Origin: Raillietiella orientalis
Taxonomy: Eukaryota
Length of the DNA: 55,169 nt
Assembly (NCBI GenBank): GCA_036172245.1
Contig: JAYWIR010000115.1
Span: 62,001-117,169, forward strand
Direction: 5' to 3'
Part shown: positions 49,838 to 55,169 of the stretch, in pieces
How positions within the stretch are numbered: position 1 is the first letter of the stretch
How the letters are laid out: each line of letters opens with the position of its first letter
Translations under genes and position numbers: made by a program
Notes under the pieces: generated by a model
Database searches by the model: none
What the model saw: only the letters and a program-made list of their open reading frames with translations
Told to the model about the DNA's origin: nothing

Positions 49838-52800
49838 AACAGCGGTCGGAAATACGCTCGACGACAACGGTGCACGGACGTGTTCTGTGTTGCTCCACGA
49901 GCGTGATTCCTTTCCGTCTTCTTGTGTGTGGTGTGCCCGAGTGCGTCCACTGGCATGTCCACGGAGCCCCTGCAGCAAAAGATGGATGTGGAGGCTGCTA
50001 CTGGCAGTGGAGACTCTACTCCAGATGTCGGGTCCGCCTCTGATTCTTGTGTCTCGCCACCGGCGAGAAGCTTCGCCGCCGTCGTCAAGGTGGCGGCAGC
50101 CAACGGAGCACCGCCCGACGAAGCGGAGCTGCAGGCACATGCAGCCCATGGCTACAAGCCTGCGCTCTGCTATCCGGTGAGTTCTGAGATCTCCGACGGG
50201 GTCGGAGAAAATTTGCGGGACGAGCTTTCGCGCCTCGGGGTCCGACAGGACGACCTCCTGGCCGTCATGCCGGTTAACGCGCTCGGACACTGGGAGGTGC
50301 ACTGCAAAGAGGCATCCCTAGTCCAGCGCCTTCTTTGCACCCCGCTAAATATCCGCGGGAAGGAGGTCGTCTGTTGGCCATGGACCAGTCGTTCGTGGTT
50401 CGATTATCCGCCGTCCAGGTGGACACGCTTGATCGCGTGCTCGTCGCTGCACTAAGTGCATTCGCCACGGTGCACGCGCTGTGGAGAGCAGATAATCCGA
50501 TCAAAAGGATTGCATCTCTCCACAGCAGACTTGCCATGGCGCGTGTCACCATGGCGGATAGGAGGCAAATGCATCCGCACTTGCAGGTGGGCGATGCGAT
50601 CGTCCACCTTAAATTTGCCGGTCAGCGACCGGCTTGCGGTATTTGCTGTGCCCAGGGCCACCGTCCGTGGACGTGCCCTTCACGCAACTGCCGCTATTGT
50701 AAACAGCTCGGCCACTCCATCAAAGAGTGTGCAGAGCTGAAGAGGAAGCGGCAGGCGAAAAGCCGCCAACAATCTACCTCGTCCGCGCCGACAAGATCCC
50801 CCGTTGTGCCACGGGAGAAATCGGGAGCGAAGGGCGGGGCATCTTCGAGTGGCGGTCCCGCAAAAAAGGGCGCGGTTGCTTCAGGAAAGCCATCCCAGAC
50901 AACTGCGCAGACGGGAAATATGCCACGTCGCCCTGGGGACAAATCGCCTTCTTCGAAGCAGCCTAAGAGTGCGGGCACGCACTCAATCAAGGCTGCTGAA
51001 CCGTCTGCGTCCGCTTGCGCGTCCAGCGGAGCATACGGGAAACCGTGCGCGGGTACCCTCGGAGCTACCTCTGAACGGCAGTCTCCTCCTACGGCGGTGG
51101 AGATCACGTCTTCCACGCCGAAGGCACGAGCAGCGAAGGCTGCAATAGCGCCTCGCGGGACGACGGCAATCACCGCCGTTTCGCACGCATCGGCTAAGGA
51201 GCAGGTGCAGTGCGTAACGGGGACGGAGCCGTCTCCCGCCGCGAGCGCGAAACGTGAGCCGGCATCTCCGGCCAAACAATTGAGGGAGGCGTCGGCCTCC
51301 CAGGAGGGCGTCCCCGACGCGGGCTGGACTCGAGTCTCCAGGACGCCCAAAAGGGGAAGAAGAAGGTTGTCCCTTCAATATTCCCCATCCTTAAGGTAGG
51401 TGGGAGGCAAAAGAGAAGCACGCCGAACAAGGTGCGTACCCAGGTACTCACTACGGCTGCGTGCTCTGTCTTTGTCGCTTCGCGCGAGAGAGCGGCTGCG
51501 GAAGCCAAAGCTCCGGAAGCTGCGTTGGCGACTGCGACGACCCCCGCGCGGGCAGGGCAAGCCTCCTCCTGCCGAAACAAAAAGAGACTGGCAAAACGCC
51601 AGTCTCGCGCCAGGCACTCGGACTCCACCTCGGAGTCCGAGTGCAAACAAATGGAACGCGCATCCCGGGGAAGCCGGTAGCGCGCCGGGCAACAGTGCGA
51701 AAGCACGAGCCTGTTGCCGGAGGCGGTTCCGGCTCCTGCATGGAGACCGAGGCGATGATCCTCGGCTGCCAGGACTCAGCTGGGCGCGATGTGGCGGCGA
51801 ACGGGAGCCATTCCGCTTCCCTATCCGCTCTCCTACCAGCTGACTTCTCGCCGGACGGGACGAGGAGCACGCCGTCATGTCCGCAGCAGTGATGCGTGGA
51901 CTCGCGTCCGCTCGTCGCGTCAGCGTGGCCTGTTGGAATGTCAACGGACTACGTGATGCTGACAAAAGGCGGACGGTAGCCAACGCTTTGCGCGCGTTCG
52001 ATCTGGTGCTGCTGCAGGAGATACATACCATCTCCGTACGGCAGGCATCGGATCTGGAAGAGCGCGCGGACGGAACGCTACACTGGCGGCAAGGCTCCGC
52101 GCACACGTGCGGAGTCGCGTTCCTCGTCCGAGGCAGGGTGGCGGAGGCGGTGCGGAACGTTTGTTTCGACGAGGAAGGTCGTGTGGGCCAACTTGTCCTC
52201 AAGTGGTCCGAATCGATCGACCTGGTCGTTACGAACATCTACGCACCGAGCGGCGGCCGGTATTACGCCCAGCGACTTGCATTGCTGGGTGGCCTGCGCA
52301 GCCGCTGGCTCGCTGACTCCGGCCCTTACGTGGCGCACCTCCTTGCAGGAGACTTCAACGTCCACCTGCTAACAGAGGAGAGATGCCGCTTGAGGGAGAA
52401 GCAACTGGTGAGCGAGGTATGCGCGTCCGTGCGCGTGCAAAACTTCCTTGCTGGTGAGCCCGGGATGGAGAGATCGCCGAACCATGCGTTCCTCGATGAA
52501 CACCTGCTCTCACGACTAGGTCGGAGAGGGCGCCTGCTGTCCGCGATTTCGGATCATCCTAGACTGGAGTTCGAGCTCCTCCCGCCTGGCAAAGGGCCTC
52601 CGATCAATGTCTGGAGGTTGCCTGCCGACTGGCCTAGCAATTCCGAGGCGACGGGGCATCTCCGCCAACACCTCCGGGGCTTCGCCATCTGTGAACTCGA
52701 GGACTGGGACGATCTGAAAAGATCGGTCCGCGAGTTCTGCTGCCGGTTCACCTTGCACCTGCTTCCCCGCGGCTTCGGGAAGGGTGTCGCGAACAGCAGA

Positions 52801-52949
52801 TCCTATTTGCAGGCGCGTACCTTTTCACGATTTCCGGACGTCCGGCGTCTGGTATAGTATAAGGCCAGAGCCGAGCGCCAGGTTTGGCAGTCTGGAGCGG
52901 CTTGTCTGCTCGATGACGCTGACCAGGAATGTTCGGCTGCAGCCGAAGT
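49838..52949 (+). mobile_element. B-type element B3: 5' UTR, ORF1, APE; interrupted at 52949
   Basis: ORF1 from about 49955 with CGICCAQGHRPWTC and CRYCKQLGHSIKEC; TGATG overlap 51890-51894; APE ORF; ends QECSAAAEV. Confidence 0.92.
51892..52857 (+). pseudogene. ORF2 APE endonuclease domain of B3
   Basis: WNVNG, LQEIH, NIYAP, GDFN, SDH; premature TAG at 52855. Confidence 0.9.
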
Positions 52950-55169
52950 TTGCCACCCGGATATGCCGGGGCATTTATTATTCTAATTTTCTGCAAAAAT
53001 TAGATAATAAAGTCTTTCAAAAGTTATTTGTGGGAAACACTTGGTTTTCCCACCTTGGATGACGTGTCGGTTGCCGGTGCATAGACCGGTTTGGTCCATT
53101 CCCGAGGCGCATGGGAAGGGAAAACTAAAACAAAAACAAACAAAAAGAGAGATAACGGGGAGGGAAACAGTTGTATGGGTAGAGGGGGGGGGCAGGGAAG
53201 GGATCATTGGGCGCCTGGGTCGGTCCTCCGCATCCTGTTGAGGATGCAGTCAAGTTCAGTTTTTATTGTGAAAGGTAGACGCCACCTTGTTGCCGTCTCT
53301 AAAGAGATCGTCGTCCAGTGTATGGCGTCCCTGCATCTTGGGGCTCTTCTACTGGCGTGCCACCTTTGCACAATGCCGCGCACGCAGCAGAGGACTGCTA
53401 GAGACGCAGCGGGGCGCAGGCCGTCACGCAGAAAGAGGCGACGGTAAATTTCCTTAGGGTCGCCTACTGGAAGATGGAGGACTGGGGCGATTCAACTCCA
53501 GAGTCCATCCAGGGCGACACACTCGAGGGTGAGATGCGGGAAGGTTTCTCTTTCTCCGCATTCGACACAGCGGGCATCCACATTTCCCATTGTCCAGTGA
53601 GACAGGCGTGCTCTGCTTAACAGTCCACAGTGCAGAAATAGCAACGCCGTCTCCTGCCACTTCAACGGGAGTGTGCCGCAATCCCAACACTCTGGGGGCC
53701 ACTTCACCTCCTCCGGAGGTATTGCGAGCAGCTCTCCCCAGCGCTCATGTCCGTGAGGCGGGACGCTCGGGGTGGCAGCGTCCGTGAGCTCCCGAGTCGT
53801 CCACGCCTTTAAAGGTTTTTTCCTGCCTCGGATGAGGCAGGACACTTCCCACGATGCCCGCTCGTTGCTGCTCCTAGTGTTTTTAAGGGAGGACAGAACG
53901 GGGGCAAGGGGACTGAAAGAAGCCCACAGAAACTTCCGGGGCGTGTTGATAATATCCTGCAGCGGCTGTCGAGCGTACGGTCATCGTCGTAGGCAAGTTA
54001 TTCCGCCTCGCTCGTGCTGTTGATCTTAGCCCACGCGGAAGCAGACTCCTGAAGCCAGGCAGTGCAGTTCGCGGGGATGCAGGAGATCCAGGTATTCTCC
54101 CTCATCAGGGCGACCATCTGGCGCAAATCGGGGCCACAGTTGGAGAGGCTGCGCTGGTAGGCCACGAGGATCAAGGACAATCCTTCGCAGCCGGTCGCTC
54201 TTCTGGCGAGGAGCCGTGCCGGATCGCAGCATGGCGTCATCCATAAGCTAGCCGCAAGGTCTAACTTTCGAATTGTTGTTTGAAGTTGGATGCGCTCCAA
54301 CATAAGGAGGCCCAAGCCACCATCCCTGCGTGGAGCGCACAAGTCTTTCAATCGGACTCGCGACCTCGCTGTGCCCTAAAGGGCAGTCCTCAAGAGGGCT
54401 TTGGTCCGTCTCTGTATGATGGGAGGGGCGGGGCAAACAAAGAGTAAGGGGCGAAGGAGGGGGGCCGCGAACGCGTTCCACACCGCGGCCCACTCCTGCA
54501 AGTAAAACTTGGCGTTCCGGAACGGACCGATCGCCAACTCCACCTTTTGTAGACGGTCGGACCAGGCTTCTGCAACGCAGAAGTCCCCAACTTAACGCCA
54601 AGTTACTTCAAGCACCTGGCCGTGGGGATCCTCAAGCGGATCCAGTCCGGCCGTCCGGCCCACGCCGTATTATTGAAAAGTTGTGGTGATGTTGGAACCA
54701 TCGAAGAATTTTCTCTGTTCACCTCGAGGCCCATCCCGCGGCGCAGCAACTCAAAGAAATCTTCGAGCGCCGACGCCGGGGTGGACCCTGGGAGCAGGTG
54801 CAGAAGGTCGTCGGCGTAGGCCGACACGGCAGGCGTGCCGGGACACGAGCTTGGCAGGGTTGCCAGAGTCTCCCTGTATGCCCTCAGCACCAGCTCGAAG
54901 TAGATGCTGAAGAGCATGGGGCTCAGACTTTCACCCTGCCTTATGCCACGCCGAACCGGCACGCCGTACACGTGCCGGCCGCTAAAAGAGATGTTTATTA
55001 GAGCGAAGCGCCAGCAGGAGCGCAGGTATGCCCGGAAGACGGTCGGGAATCCCAAGCGTTGCAGGAGCTCCAGAAGCAGTTCCTGGTCGACGCAATCGAA
55101 CGCTTTACGCAGATCGACTGCGACCGCAAGGGTACCGGGCGCGGCTCTTCCATGAAGGGCGTCTCTTCC
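52950..55169 (-). mobile_element. Family A copy A4 (3' UTR, CCHC, RT; runs off the window)
   Basis: Collinear with A2; YADD in ORF 54603-55055; stem-loop 52956-52970. Confidence 0.92.

Noticed and set aside
1..55169. rRNA, tRNA, snRNA or spliced-leader targets typical of site-specific LINEs
   Set aside because: None recognised by eye at any junction; an Rfam/tRNAscan search is needed to exclude them.

Overview
Eukaryotic (probably invertebrate; species not determinable) genomic DNA. A two-exon phosphopantothenoylcysteine decarboxylase (PPCDC/HAL3-like) gene (23803-31380, 7-kb GT-AG intron) sits between two dense clusters (about 1-12.9 kb and 40-55 kb) of mostly decayed L1/Tx1-type non-LTR retrotransposons. 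These carry a zinc-knuckle ORF1 and an APE-RT-CCHC ORF2, and fall into several families that I label A-G by eye. The main observation is apparent reciprocal site-specific targeting. Minus-strand family A inserts repeatedly, antisense, at one nucleotide in the APE-RT linker of plus-strand family B (CCRNNGT|RCAGCG, about 11-bp target duplications). Family B inserts, antisense, at one nucleotide in the APE coding region of A/C-type elements. Together these build a five-layer alternating nest at 1-12.9 kb. All families with a preserved 3' end finish in the same AATAAA-N3-CCCGG-N5-CCGGG stem-loop with almost no poly(A). They also share TRATG ORF1/ORF2 overlaps and a GGACGTG 5'-UTR motif. Also present are degenerate R2/NeSL-like fragments and several unassigned ORFs. 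Family labels, boundaries and identities come from manual inspection only.
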